A stretch of 64,000 bases of DNA from an uncultured SAR202 cluster bacterium (GCA_902620405.1 CACNIC010000002.1:68084-132083), one strand, 5' to 3'. Shown: positions 1 through 10,045, counted from the first letter of the stretch. Numbers and translations: made by a program. The notes: generated from the letters alone by a model not told the origin.

Positions 1-1
1 A

Positions 2-139
2 ATAAGTGAACTGGATGATAAGTTAAATAAAGAAAATAAAATTTTAAGACACTTAATCACTACTATAAAAACATCTGAAGCTTTAATTGCTGCTGATAAA
101 ATGGATGAAGTTCCTGAAATGAAAAGGAATAAGAGGTAA
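2..139 (+). CDS. rpsF: 30S ribosomal protein S6, C-terminal fragment (5' end lies outside the window)
   Basis: Open frame from the window edge to TAA at 137-139, reading ISELDDKLNKENKILRHLITTIK... It sits directly upstream of ssb-rpsR, as in the conserved rpsF-ssb-rpsR operon. Confidence 0.6.
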   Translation: MSELDDKLNKENKILRHLITTIKTSEALIAADKMDEVPEMKRNKR

Positions 140-140
140 A

Positions 141-569
141 ATGGCTAGTTTAAACAAAGTAATGCTGATTGGAAATGTTGGACAAGACCCCGAACTAAGA
201 TATACACCCGATGGAAATCCTGTTGCAAATTTTAGTATCGCAGTTAATAGAAGAAGAAGGGTTGGGGAAGAATATAAAGATGAAACAGAATGGTTTAATA
301 TTGTTTGTTTTTCAAGAACAGCAGAAAATGTTAATCAATATTTGACCAAGGGGCAGAAAGTATATGTTGAAGGCAGATTTCAAAGTAGCGAGTACGTTGG
401 CCAAGATGGTAATCAAAGAAAATCCTTTGAAGTTATAGCAAATGAAGTCACTTTTTTATCTTCTAGAAACGAAGCAGATTCTGCTAACCAAAACACTATT
501 CAAAGTAACGAAAAATCAGAGTCTATCCAAGCTGACTCAGAAGATGAAGATAAGGATTTGCCATGGTAA
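141..569 (+). CDS. ssb: single-stranded DNA-binding protein
   Basis: OB-fold N-terminus [38 protein letters not shown], a disordered tail, and an acidic tip EDEDKDLPW. Confidence 0.9.
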   Translation: MASLNKVMLIGNVGQDPELRYTPDGNPVANFSIAVNRRRRVGEEYKDETEWFNIVCFSRTAENVNQYLTKGQKVYVEGRFQSSEYVGQDGNQRKSFEVIANEVTFLSSRNEADSANQNTIQSNEKSESIQADSEDEDKDLPW

Positions 570-1042
570 CTAAGAAACGTGACTCAAAAAGACCTAAATT
601 TAGAGGTAAAAATAATATTCAAAAACCCGACAGACTTGGTTATTGCCCCGAAGATGGTTTTGACTATAAGGCTGTTGGTCTTCTAAAAAAATACATATCT
701 GAGACTGGAAAAATTGATTCAGCAAAAAGAAATGGCCTGTCGGCAAAATGTCAAAGAAATTTGACATCTGCAATTAAACGGGCAAGACATATGGCTTTAC
801 TTCCTTTTTCTAGTAATCATGTTTACGACACTTCTTTGCTAAGCCTTGGTAAAGATAAACTTAATGAAGAGAGTGACCAAGTTAATTCATCTGTTGAAGA
901 TGCACAAGCAAATGTAGATGCATCTGACGAATCTGAAATATCTACAGATGAAGTTATTGAAACTGAACAAGAAAATGATAGTGAACCTTCTGAATCAGAT
1001 GAACAAGATTCTGCAGAAGAGGACACTGAAAAAAAAGATTAA
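563..1042 (+). CDS. rpsR: 30S ribosomal protein S18 with a long acidic C-terminal extension
   Basis: S18 core [49 protein letters not shown], followed by a ~75-aa D/E/S-rich tail. Overlaps ssb by 7 nt. Confidence 0.85.
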   Translation: MVTKKRDSKRPKFRGKNNIQKPDRLGYCPEDGFDYKAVGLLKKYISETGKIDSAKRNGLSAKCQRNLTSAIKRARHMALLPFSSNHVYDTSLLSLGKDKLNEESDQVNSSVEDAQANVDASDESEISTDEVIETEQENDSEPSESDEQDSAEEDTEKKD

Positions 1043-1063
1043 CATAAATCATAATATGAATTT

Positions 1064-2125
1064 ATGAACGAATCTAATTCAAGAAAAGAAATATTAAGCT
1101 CTATTGATAGAAAGAAGAACTTAAGATCCAAACTTTTTCTAATAGTAATACTTATATTTTTCTTATTTTCTTCAATACCTATAACAAGTTATATAGTAAA
1201 TGTTTGGATGCCTTATCAAAAAATTGCATTAAAAGTTGAAAATACAGAATTTACTAGAAAAGACCTTGTAGAATTTATTAGATTCAATCAAAGACTGTCA
1301 GAAGAACAAGGAAACCAATTTGACTTAGGTTCTTCTCTTTTTCAATCTTTGCAACTTCTTGCTGAAAATGAAATTGCTTACTTATATGCTACCGAATTTG
1401 GATTAACTGTTGATGATTGGGAAATCGATGAAGCATTTTATTTAAAATTAGGGCTTTATAATAATTTCAATTTGGAATCAAAGGAAGATGAAGAATTATT
1501 CAAAGAGAGGAAAATACAATTCTTAAATCAGATTCAAATAGATGAGGATAAATTTAAAGAAATCATACGAAAAAGTCTTTTTAGAGAAAAATTAAGAAGA
1601 GAATTATCTCGTGAAATACCATCATTGCAACAACATAAATATGTTTTTGAAATTGCTCTAGAAGATATTTCAACATCGAATTTAAATAAAATTCAAAAAG
1701 AAATTACATCAACAAATAGTATCTCTGATGTTGTGAAAAAATATTCGATTGACCCTGAAGTTCTAAGAGGATCAGGTGATTTTGGTTGGATTCCTAAGGG
1801 GGTTAAGCCTGACCTTGATTACTTATTTTTTGAAGAAAATGATCAAGCTTTGAAACCAAAAGAACTTTCTGAACCATTTGTGGACCAAGAAAATTCAGTA
1901 TTTAAATTTTATGTAATAAGTGATGTAAGTGAATCATTCGAATTATCCGAAGAGAATTTTGAAATAATTTCAGAAAGTATTTTAACTAATTTTTTTAATG
2001 AAAAAAGTCAGATGGTTGATATGCAGTATGGACTAGACAATGAAACATTTAATTGGATAAATGATAAGGTCCAGGTTGCATCTATATTTAATAATAATAA
2101 TCAATCTAATGTTATTATTGAGTAA
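1064..2125 (+). CDS. membrane-anchored SurA-N/PpiC (parvulin)-like chaperone or peptidyl-prolyl isomerase
   Basis: N-terminal TM helix LFLIVILIFFLFSSIPITSYIV. Degenerate parvulin-like C-terminus KKYSIDPEVLRGSGDFGWIPKG...LKPKELSEPF...FKFYVIS. Confidence 0.5.
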   Translation: MNESNSRKEILSSIDRKKNLRSKLFLIVILIFFLFSSIPITSYIVNVWMPYQKIALKVENTEFTRKDLVEFIRFNQRLSEEQGNQFDLGSSLFQSLQLLAENEIAYLYATEFGLTVDDWEIDEAFYLKLGLYNNFNLESKEDEELFKERKIQFLNQIQIDEDKFKEIIRKSLFREKLRRELSREIPSLQQHKYVFEIALEDISTSNLNKIQKEITSTNSISDVVKKYSIDPEVLRGSGDFGWIPKGVKPDLDYLFFEENDQALKPKELSEPFVDQENSVFKFYVISDVSESFELSEENFEIISESILTNFFNEKSQMVDMQYGLDNETFNWINDKVQVASIFNNNNQSNVIIE

Positions 2126-2144
2126 ATTATAATTAAGGAAAAAA

Positions 2145-3416
2145 TTGAAAATAGGTATTATTGGCATAGGTAATGTAGGCCTGCAGGTCCTCAAAGATAT
2201 CCAACTAAATGAAAAAATAAATAATTTTCTAAGTATTGAAAAAATATTAGTAAGAAACAAAGATAAATATTTTAAAATTTTAGAATCTGAATTTGGATCA
2301 AAGAGTTTGCTTTTAGAAAAATTAACAGATAATTTTAATAATTTTATAAATTCAGATATTGATACGGTTATAGAACTTATCGGTGGAAGTGACCCTGCTA
2401 AAGATTATGTTATATCAGCTTTGAGTTCAGGAAAAAATGTTGTAACTGCAAATAAAGAAATTATTGCAAGTTCCATTGAAGAATTAACTTCACTAGCCCA
2501 TTCAAAAAAAGTAAAAATTAGATTTGAGGCAGCTGTTGGTGCTGGTATTCCATTATTAGAAGTATTAATTGATATGTTGAAACAGAATAATATATCAAAG
2601 ATAACAGGGATAATTAATGGAACATCAAATTATATTTTAAGCTCAATGTATTACAGCAATAAAAGTTTTGATGAAAGCTTAATAGAAGCTCAAAACTTAG
2701 GTTTTGCTGAATCTGACCCAACAAATGATATAGGTGGTTTCGATGCTATGTATAAGGTTTGCATTTTGGGTTCTATAGCATTTGGAGCCAAGGTACCAAT
2801 TGAATCTGTTTCTGTTAAAGGAATAGAGAATTTGTCTCAAAAAGATATTAAATATTCTAGAGAACTTGGATTTGTAATTAAACTCCTTGCTGTAACAGAA
2901 AATAAATCATCTAAAATATATTCAAATGTTGCGCCTTATTTAGTTCCTGAAAATCACCCATTAGCAAAAGTAAGTGATAACTATAATGCTGTTGAAATTA
3001 ATGGCGATCTTATTGGGAATTTATGGCTTCAGGGTCAAGGTGCAGGGAAGTTATCGACAACAAGTGCAGTAATTGGGGATTTGGTTGGGATTGAAAAAAA
3101 TACCAGTGGTAACCTAATGCTTGATCAGAAAAAATTAAATTTTCTTTCAGATGACGAAACAATTGGAAAAAAATATATTAGACTAAACGTTGAGGATAAA
3201 TTTGGAGTTTTAGAAAAAATTGCTGGCATATTCTCAAATAATAAGGTAAGTATTGCATCAGTCATTCAAAAGGAAGTGGATAATAAAGGTTTAGCTGATT
3301 TAGTGATAATGACTCATGAATCCCTTGGAAGTAATTTGAATAATGCTTTGGTTGAAATTGGAAGATTAGAATTTATTCAAGAAAACCCAACAACTTATGA
3401 AATTTATGAATTATGA
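2145..3416 (+). CDS. hom: homoserine dehydrogenase with C-terminal ACT domain
   Basis: MKIGIIGIGNVG Rossmann start, TANKE, RFEAAVGAGIPLL, GIINGTSNYILS, AESDPTNDIGGFDAMYK, and an ACT-like tail. Confidence 0.85.
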   Translation: MKIGIIGIGNVGLQVLKDIQLNEKINNFLSIEKILVRNKDKYFKILESEFGSKSLLLEKLTDNFNNFINSDIDTVIELIGGSDPAKDYVISALSSGKNVVTANKEIIASSIEELTSLAHSKKVKIRFEAAVGAGIPLLEVLIDMLKQNNISKITGIINGTSNYILSSMYYSNKSFDESLIEAQNLGFAESDPTNDIGGFDAMYKVCILGSIAFGAKVPIESVSVKGIENLSQKDIKYSRELGFVIKLLAVTENKSSKIYSNVAPYLVPENHPLAKVSDNYNAVEINGDLIGNLWLQGQGAGKLSTTSAVIGDLVGIEKNTSGNLMLDQKKLNFLSDDETIGKKYIRLNVEDKFGVLEKIAGIFSNNKVSIASVIQKEVDNKGLADLVIMTHESLGSNLNNALVEIGRLEFIQENPTTYEIYEL

Positions 3417-4444
3417 ATGGAATAATTGAAAATTATAAAGAATTTATAGATATTGGAGACGCTAATCCTATTTCAATGGGAGAAGGCTCTACTCCATTAC
3501 TCAATTCTAATTTTTTATCAAAAAAAATTGGAGCTGATGTATTTATAAAGGTCGAAGGTTGCAATCCTAGCGGATCCTTCAAGGATAGAGGTATGGTAGT
3601 AGCAGTTTGCATGGCACTTCATAGAAAAAAAAGAGTTTTAGTTTGTGCTTCAACAGGAAACACTAGTGCTTCAGCTTCAGCCTATGCTGCAAAATTTGGC
3701 TTAGTTTCAGCAATTATTGTTCCAAATGGAAATATTGCCAAAGGGAAATTATCACAAGCAATGGCTTTTGGAGCAAAAATTATTGCAATTAATGGTTCTT
3801 TTGATGATGCGTTGAATATTGTCAGAAAGTTGGAAGACTATGATGAAATTGAAATAGTAAATTCAATTAATCCTTACAGAATAGAAGGGCAAAAGTCAGC
3901 TGCATTTGAAATTTTAGATGATATTGGTGAAATAGATTCATTATGCATACCTGTAGGTAACGCTGGTAATATTACAGCTTACTGGAAAGGTTTCAAAGAA
4001 TATAATAGTAAATTTGGTTTTAAACTGCCAAAAATGTATGGTTTTCAAGCTGAAGGTGCATCTCCAATAGTAAAAAATGAAATTATTGAAAATCCAGAAA
4101 CTATTGCAACTGCAATAAGGATTGGTAATCCTGCTTCATGGGACAAAGCTAATGAAGCAGTAACTTATTCAGATGGTGCGATAAAAGCAGTTTCAGATGA
4201 AGAAATTATCGATTCATATGTAAATCTCGCAAGGCATGATGGAGTCTTTTGTGAACCTGCATCTGCAGCTGGCATTGCGGGTTTGATCAAATACTCAAAA
4301 AATTATAAATTTGATGGTCAAAAAATTGTATGTGTAGTTACTGGAAATGGCCTAAAAGATCCTTCAACTTCTGAAAAGCATGCAAGTTCAAAAATATTTG
4401 AAGTTAATTCAAATCTTGATGATGTCCTTAAAATTATTAATTAG
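3413..4444 (+). CDS. thrC: threonine synthase
   Basis: PLP lysine motif NPSGSFKDRGM, STGNTSASA, and VVTGNGLKDP near the C-terminus. Overlaps hom by 4 nt. Confidence 0.9.
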   Translation: MNGIIENYKEFIDIGDANPISMGEGSTPLLNSNFLSKKIGADVFIKVEGCNPSGSFKDRGMVVAVCMALHRKKRVLVCASTGNTSASASAYAAKFGLVSAIIVPNGNIAKGKLSQAMAFGAKIIAINGSFDDALNIVRKLEDYDEIEIVNSINPYRIEGQKSAAFEILDDIGEIDSLCIPVGNAGNITAYWKGFKEYNSKFGFKLPKMYGFQAEGASPIVKNEIIENPETIATAIRIGNPASWDKANEAVTYSDGAIKAVSDEEIIDSYVNLARHDGVFCEPASAAGIAGLIKYSKNYKFDGQKIVCVVTGNGLKDPSTSEKHASSKIFEVNSNLDDVLKIIN

Positions 4445-4453
4445 TAGGTCCAT

Positions 4454-5407
4454 TTGGCTGTAGAATTTAAAATTTATGATAAATTTGACGATGAGCTTGA
4501 AAGGTTATGGAAATCAATCGATGTTCAAAATGAAAACCCTTTTCAAGATTATGAGATTAATAAAATTTGGTTTGAAATCTTCGGTAAAAGTTCAAAATTA
4601 AAAATTTTTTCAGATAACAAGAATTTTATTGCTCCAATGTATTTTAAAGAACAAGTTGCTTATTTTTGTGGCGGGCAAGATCTTTTTGATTATCATGATT
4701 TAATTTCAAACGAACAGGTAAATAAATATGATATAAAGCAATTGTTCCATGAAATTCTAAATAAAAATAGTTTAATTGAATTAAACTCAATTGCTTCAGG
4801 TTCAAAACTTCATATATTTGCACAAGAATTAGAAAAAGAATTCAAAATTGAATATATTTATGAGGATGTGTGCCCGATAATAAATCTCCCAAATTCATTT
4901 GATAATTATTTATTGCAACTTTCAAAAAAAAATAGGCATGAAATAAGGCGTAAAATTAGAAAATTTGAGAATAATTTAGAATTTGAGATTGTTGAAACTG
5001 ATCCGAGTAATGTTGATGGTAATATATTAGAATTTTTTAGACTAATGAAATTAAATTCTGAAAAAAGAAATTTTTTAAATCAAAGTAGAATTGAATTTAT
5101 GTCTCGAATAATTGAATATGTAATTTTATCCAACAAAGGAAATCTCTCATTTATTAAAATTAACAATGAAATGATAGCAACATCTTTTGTATTTCAGAAT
5201 AAAGATAAATTATTCGTCTATAATTCTGGATATAACGATAATTACTCAGAATATTCTGTTGGATTGTTAAATCATATATATAATATTCGAAATAAAATCT
5301 CAAAATTCAAATTTATTGATTTTCTTAGAGGGTCTGAAGATTACAAATATAGAATTGGTTGCATTAATCAAGAGTTAATAACTATAAAAATAATGGATAG
5401 ATCATGA
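4454..5407 (+). CDS. GNAT-fold acyltransferase, CelD/BioF2-like (FemAB-related) family
   Basis: Length of ~317 aa and the C-terminal motif FIDFLRGSEDYKYRIG, typical of the CelD-like Acetyltransf_6 family. TTG start in the track. Confidence 0.5.
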   Translation: MAVEFKIYDKFDDELERLWKSIDVQNENPFQDYEINKIWFEIFGKSSKLKIFSDNKNFIAPMYFKEQVAYFCGGQDLFDYHDLISNEQVNKYDIKQLFHEILNKNSLIELNSIASGSKLHIFAQELEKEFKIEYIYEDVCPIINLPNSFDNYLLQLSKKNRHEIRRKIRKFENNLEFEIVETDPSNVDGNILEFFRLMKLNSEKRNFLNQSRIEFMSRIIEYVILSNKGNLSFIKINNEMIATSFVFQNKDKLFVYNSGYNDNYSEYSVGLLNHIYNIRNKISKFKFIDFLRGSEDYKYRIGCINQELITIKIMDRS

Positions 5408-6594
5408 GGGTTGCATTAATAAGTGTTCATGGTGACCCTAATTTGCAGGCTGGCGGTAAAGATGCTGGAGGAATGAATATTTACATTAGAGAAGTTGTAG
5501 AAAAACTATCTGTTTATGATGTTGAAGTAGATGTGTTTACAAGAGATCATGATAGAAAGAATGAAATCGAAGCTCATCAGTCAAAGTTAAATGTTAAATA
5601 CATAAAAGCTGGGGACAATTCATTAGATAAAATTGGAATTTATAATCATATAGATGAATTTGTTGAAGGTGTGGATAACTATAAAATTCAAAATAATTTG
5701 AAATATGATTTAATATTTGCTCATTATTGGCTTTCAGGTTCAGCATCATTAAAGCTCAAAAAGATATGGGGTGTTCCGGTAATAACAACATTTCATACTA
5801 TGCAAGAAATAAAACAAGAGGCATTTCCTTACAATATTGATGACCCGCAAAGACAAGCTCAGGAAAAATTAATTTCACAAGAATCCGATGGTGTTGTTGT
5901 TTGGTCAGAACATGAAAAAAATTTTATTCAGAGTAAATATAATGTAATTTCAAAAAATATACACATCATTCCTCCCGGTGTTGATTTAGAATTATTTCAG
6001 CCTACAGATAAAGATCTAGCAAGAAGAGAAATTAATATTGATAAAGATCTGAAAGTTATATTATTTGTTGGGAGACTTGAAAGGCTGAAAGGTTTAGATA
6101 CTCTTCTGGAGGCTCTTTCAATGATAGATCAAGAGGAAATTAATTTGTTAGTTGTAGGAGGACTGTACAATATTTCAGAAGTTTCTAGATTAAAAAAAAT
6201 GTGCAATGAATACAATCTTTCCGAAAAGGTACATTTTATTGGCTCTATCAGCAGGAGTGACCTTAAATATTATTATAATTCTTCTGATATATGTGTTTTA
6301 CCTTCGTATTATGAAAGTTTTGGGTTGTCAGCTTTAGAAGCTGCAGCTTGTGGAGTTCCAGTTGTTGCTTCAAAAAAAGGTGGATTATCATCTATAGTTG
6401 TTGATAAAAAAACTGGTTATCTTTTGCAATGGAGGTGCCCGGGACCTTTTGTTGAAAAATTAGAAATTTTGCTAAAAAGTAAGGATTTAAGAAATTCTAT
6501 GGGGATAAATGCTAGAAAGCATGCTGAAAAACTGAATTGGGATGATTCAATTAACAACTTAAAACAATTATTCAATAAGTTGACCTCAAACTAG
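5404..6594 (+). CDS. GT4 family glycosyltransferase, MshA-like (D-inositol-3-phosphate glycosyltransferase family)
   Basis: MRVALISVHGDP...GGKDAGGMNIYIREV, AHYWLSG, VPVITTFHTMQEIK, PPGVDLELFQP, and SYYESFGLSALEAAACGVPVV (EX7E). By eye it closely parallels actinobacterial MshA. Confidence 0.7.
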   Translation: MRVALISVHGDPNLQAGGKDAGGMNIYIREVVEKLSVYDVEVDVFTRDHDRKNEIEAHQSKLNVKYIKAGDNSLDKIGIYNHIDEFVEGVDNYKIQNNLKYDLIFAHYWLSGSASLKLKKIWGVPVITTFHTMQEIKQEAFPYNIDDPQRQAQEKLISQESDGVVVWSEHEKNFIQSKYNVISKNIHIIPPGVDLELFQPTDKDLARREINIDKDLKVILFVGRLERLKGLDTLLEALSMIDQEEINLLVVGGLYNISEVSRLKKMCNEYNLSEKVHFIGSISRSDLKYYYNSSDICVLPSYYESFGLSALEAAACGVPVVASKKGGLSSIVVDKKTGYLLQWRCPGPFVEKLEILLKSKDLRNSMGINARKHAEKLNWDDSINNLKQLFNKLTSN

Positions 6595-6623
6595 AGCTAT
6601 GCTATTCTCATTTCGTTTAAAAC

Positions 6624-6840
6624 ACATTGAAAGAGAGTAGTAAGAATTAATTAAGTTTTTAGAAAATCGAGGGTTGATGGGACTCGTAACTTAAATTTCT
6701 GAACTCGCTCTGGAGTGGCAAGAATGAACTTAGTAATTCTTGACGTTAGTAACGTAAAACTTAATTGAGAGAGGTAATTTTACTTAATCAAAGGTGGTAC
6801 CGCGGGTTAATCTCGTCCTTTGGGCGAGATATTTTTATTT
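6624..6840 (+). promoter_or_regulatory. T-box riboswitch leader controlling the ilv-leu operon; apparent specifier codon CUC (Leu) at 6704-6706
   Basis: Stem I elements GAAAGAGAGTAGTAAG (6629-6644) and GTAAC...GAA-CTC-G-CTCT (specifier loop context GAA-codon-purine). An exact T-box core GGTGGTACCGCG (6793-6804). A terminator hairpin plus T-run follows immediately, 12 nt before the ilvB ATG. Confidence 0.8.
6811..6840 (+). terminator. intrinsic terminator of the T-box leader
   Basis: TCTCGTCC-TTTG-GGCGAGA hairpin (7 bp with one bulged T), followed by TATTTTTATTT. Confidence 0.6.
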
Positions 6841-6852
6841 AAAGGGTAAAAA

Positions 6853-8550
6853 ATGAAAAAAACGGGAGCTCAAGTTCTTTGTGAAGGTTTAATTCATCAC
6901 GGAGTAGAAAAAATATTTGGAATACCTGGAGGTGCAATACTTCCACTATATGGAACTTTGTCTGAATATCCGGAGCTAGACCATATTTTGGTTAGGCATG
7001 AACAAGGTGCTTCTCACGCAGCAGACGGTTTTTCTAGGATAACAGGTAAAACAGGTGTATGTTTTGCGACTTCGGGCCCCGGTGCAACTAATCTGATAAC
7101 TGGTATGGCAACTGCGATGATGGATTCATCTCCTATGATAGCAATAACTGGGCAAGTATCTAGGCCTGGAATCGGTAAAGATTCTTTTCAGGAAATAGAT
7201 ATTACTGGTGCATCATTACCCGTGACTAAACACAACTATTTGGTGATGAGTGCAGATGAAATTCCAAGAGTTTTGAAAGAGGCTTTCATTATTGCAAATA
7301 CTGGAAGGCCTGGTCCAGTATTAATTGATATTCCTAGGGATGTATTTACTGAGCAGTTTGACTTCGATAATAAATTTTGGGAGGAAGAAATTGAAATTTT
7401 AGGATACAAACCTCCTAAATTTGCTGAAAATTCAAAAATTGATAAAGCTTTGAAATTAATTGAAGAATCAAAGAAACCAGTAATTTTGGCTGGTCACGGA
7501 ATAATCATTTCAAAAGCCTATAATGAGCTAGTGGAATTAGCTGAAAGTGCTCAGATCCCGGTAATTACTACGCTTTTAGGGATAAGTTCATTCCCAGAAA
7601 ATCATGTATTAAGTTTGAGTTTTCCTGGAATGCATGGAGTAGCATGGGCAAGTCTTGCATTAGATCAAGCTGACCTTGTTATTGCGATTGGAAGCAGATT
7701 TGATGACAGAATTACTGGCGATACATCAAGATTTGCAACTAAATCAAAAAAAATTCATATTGATATTGATCCTGCAGAGATAAATAAAAATATCGAAGTT
7801 GATGTTGCTTTAATTGGAAATGCTAAAGATATTATGAAGCAAATGCTTCCAAAGTTAAAAAAGAAAACACATATTGAATGGATTAATCATATTGAAAAAT
7901 TAAAAGAAGAGCACCCTTCATTAAAATTAAAAAAATCTCCAGATTTAACTGGGCAATATGTAATAAAATCTCTTTCTGATGAAACTGAAGGTAAATCAGT
8001 AATTGTTACTGGTGTTGGTCAACATCAAATGTGGGCAGCTCAACATTATTCGTATTGTTCTCAAAATTCATGGATTTCATCTGGAGGACTTGGAACAATG
8101 GGTTTTGAAGTCCCCGCTGCATTAGGTGCTAAAGTTGGGGCTCCAGATAAAAATGTTTGGTCTATTGCAGGTGATGGTGGTTTTCAGATGACATTGTGTG
8201 AACTTGCAACAATTGTTGAAAATAATATTAAAGTTAAGTTTGCATTATTAAATAACAATCACCTTGGAATGATAACTCAATGGCAAGGAATGTTCTTTAA
8301 TGAGGATTATCAAGCAAATGCTTACACAGCAAATCCAGACTTTGTAAAACTTGCAAATGCATATGGAATGAAAGCGCTCAGTGTTGATAATAATGAAGAT
8401 GTAAGGCCTGCAATAAGAGAAGCAAATAGTCATGACGGACCTTTTTTAATTGATTTTAAAATCAAGAAAGAAGAAAATGTCTTCCCGATGATACCTTCTG
8501 GCCAAAGTGTTAATGAGTTGTTAGAGGAGCCTATTGATGGTAGCAACTAA
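6853..8550 (+). CDS. ilvB: acetolactate synthase large subunit (ThDP/FAD)
   Basis: GIPGGAILPLY, VRHEQGASHAADGF, and the ThDP motif GDGGFQMT...LNNNHLGM. Confidence 0.9.
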   Translation: MKKTGAQVLCEGLIHHGVEKIFGIPGGAILPLYGTLSEYPELDHILVRHEQGASHAADGFSRITGKTGVCFATSGPGATNLITGMATAMMDSSPMIAITGQVSRPGIGKDSFQEIDITGASLPVTKHNYLVMSADEIPRVLKEAFIIANTGRPGPVLIDIPRDVFTEQFDFDNKFWEEEIEILGYKPPKFAENSKIDKALKLIEESKKPVILAGHGIIISKAYNELVELAESAQIPVITTLLGISSFPENHVLSLSFPGMHGVAWASLALDQADLVIAIGSRFDDRITGDTSRFATKSKKIHIDIDPAEINKNIEVDVALIGNAKDIMKQMLPKLKKKTHIEWINHIEKLKEEHPSLKLKKSPDLTGQYVIKSLSDETEGKSVIVTGVGQHQMWAAQHYSYCSQNSWISSGGLGTMGFEVPAALGAKVGAPDKNVWSIAGDGGFQMTLCELATIVENNIKVKFALLNNNHLGMITQWQGMFFNEDYQANAYTANPDFVKLANAYGMKALSVDNNEDVRPAIREANSHDGPFLIDFKIKKEENVFPMIPSGQSVNELLEEPIDGSN

Positions 8551-9034
8551 CACAGGCACTAGAACTGTAATAGCATTAGTTGAGAATAAAGCTGGTGTAC
8601 TTGCAAGGATTTGCGGATTATTTAGGAGGCAAGGATTTAATATTGCAAGTTTGGCTGTTGGAAGATCAGAAATTAAGGGGCTTTCTAGGATGACATTTGT
8701 TGTTGAAGGACCTGAAGAAGTTGTAAGGCTTGTTGCTGCAAAACTTGACCGGTTGATTGAAGTTGTTGAGGTAGAGGATATTTCTGATTTAGATCATGTA
8801 TACAGAGAAATGGTATTGATTAAAGTTTCAGCTGACAATGAAAAAAGAGGAGAAATTTTACAATTATCAAATATTTTTAATGTGAAAACAGTTGATGTTG
8901 GATCAGACCAAATGACTATTGAAACTACTGGTGAGTCAAATGAAATTGAATCATTGTTGGAATTGCTTGAGCCGTATGGAATTATTGAAGTAATGAGAAC
9001 AGGAAGAGTTGCAGTATTAAAAAGTAATGAATGA
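8534..9034 (+). CDS. ilvN: acetolactate synthase small (regulatory) subunit
   Basis: ACT domain [34 protein letters not shown]. Size and position after ilvB fit. Confidence 0.85.
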   Translation: MMVATNTGTRTVIALVENKAGVLARICGLFRRQGFNIASLAVGRSEIKGLSRMTFVVEGPEEVVRLVAAKLDRLIEVVEVEDISDLDHVYREMVLIKVSADNEKRGEILQLSNIFNVKTVDVGSDQMTIETTGESNEIESLLELLEPYGIIEVMRTGRVAVLKSNE

Positions 9035-9045
9035 AAGGATATAAA

Positions 9046-10041
9046 ATGAAATTATTTTATGAAAAGGACATAAATAAAGATCTAATTGAAGGTAAAAAAA
9101 TTGCTGTATTGGGTTATGGAAGCCAAGGGCATGCACATGCAAGAAATTTAAATGATTCAGGCATGGATGTTGTTGTAGGTCTATATGAAGGCAGTAAAAG
9201 CAAACAAGTTGCAGAAAAAGATGGCTTAAAAGTTCTTTCAAATTCTGAAGCAGTAAAACAATCGGATATAATTATGTTTTGCCTTCCTGACACAATCCAA
9301 GGAAAAGTTTACAAAGAGGATGTTGAAGAAAATTTAACTGAAGGTAAAATGTTAATGTTTTGCCATGGATTTAGTATATTTTACGAGCAAATAAAACCTC
9401 CCGAATTCGTTGATGTCGCAATGATTGCACCAAAAGGACCTGGACACATTGTCAGGAGAGTTTTTGAATCAGGTCAGGGTGTTCCTTGTTTAGTTGCAGT
9501 ATATCAAAATTATTCAAGTAAAGCTCAGGAAATTGCTCTTGGATACGGACTTGGTATTGGTGGAGCTCGTGCTGGGATCCTTGAAACAACTTTTAAAGAG
9601 GAAACCGAAACAGATTTATTTGGAGAGCAAGCAGTTTTATGTGGAGGTGTAACTTCTTTAGTTCAAAGTGCGTTTGAAGTATTAGTTGAAGCTGGCTATC
9701 AGCCTGAATCGGCATATTTTGAAGTTCTGCACGAATTAAAGTTAATTGTTGACTTAATGTACCAAGGTGGTCTTGGAGAAATGAGATATTCGATTTCTGA
9801 CACAGCTGAATATGGTGATTATACTAGAGGGCCAGTGGTTGTTGATCCATCTGTAAAGGAAAATATGAAGAAAGTGCTTGAGCAAATTCAATCTGGTCAA
9901 TTTGCGAAAGAATGGATTGCTGAAAATGACGAGGGATTACATAAGTTTAATAGCCTAAGAGATGAAAACGCTGGACACCCTATTGAAGAAGTTGGAAAAA
10001 AATTGAGAAATATGATGCCTTTCTTGAAAAATCAAAGTTAA
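9046..10041 (+). CDS. ilvC: ketol-acid reductoisomerase
   Basis: [10 protein letters not shown]..., [32 protein letters not shown] chose the internal ATG at 9046 (AAAGGA 8 nt upstream, no overlap with ilvN) over the track start at 9031. Confidence 0.9.
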   Translation: MKLFYEKDINKDLIEGKKIAVLGYGSQGHAHARNLNDSGMDVVVGLYEGSKSKQVAEKDGLKVLSNSEAVKQSDIIMFCLPDTIQGKVYKEDVEENLTEGKMLMFCHGFSIFYEQIKPPEFVDVAMIAPKGPGHIVRRVFESGQGVPCLVAVYQNYSSKAQEIALGYGLGIGGARAGILETTFKEETETDLFGEQAVLCGGVTSLVQSAFEVLVEAGYQPESAYFEVLHELKLIVDLMYQGGLGEMRYSISDTAEYGDYTRGPVVVDPSVKENMKKVLEQIQSGQFAKEWIAENDEGLHKFNSLRDENAGHPIEEVGKKLRNMMPFLKNQS

Positions 10042-10045
10042 GTTT

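Noticed and set aside
4454-5407. Calling the GNAT next to the MshA-like gene MshD (mycothiol synthase)
   Set aside because: Its length is similar, but the C-terminal G.EDYKYR.G motif points to the CelD/FemAB-like Acetyltransf_6 family, not to MshD.
9031-9045. Track start codons that extend genes into their upstream neighbours (ilvC 9031, ygfZ-like 28401, BCCP 49305, DapA-like 50966, GATase-like 19154, actE 37585)
   Set aside because: In each case an in-frame start sits at or just after the upstream stop. It has better RBS spacing and matches the usual N-terminus of the family. The longer versions are longest-ORF artefacts.
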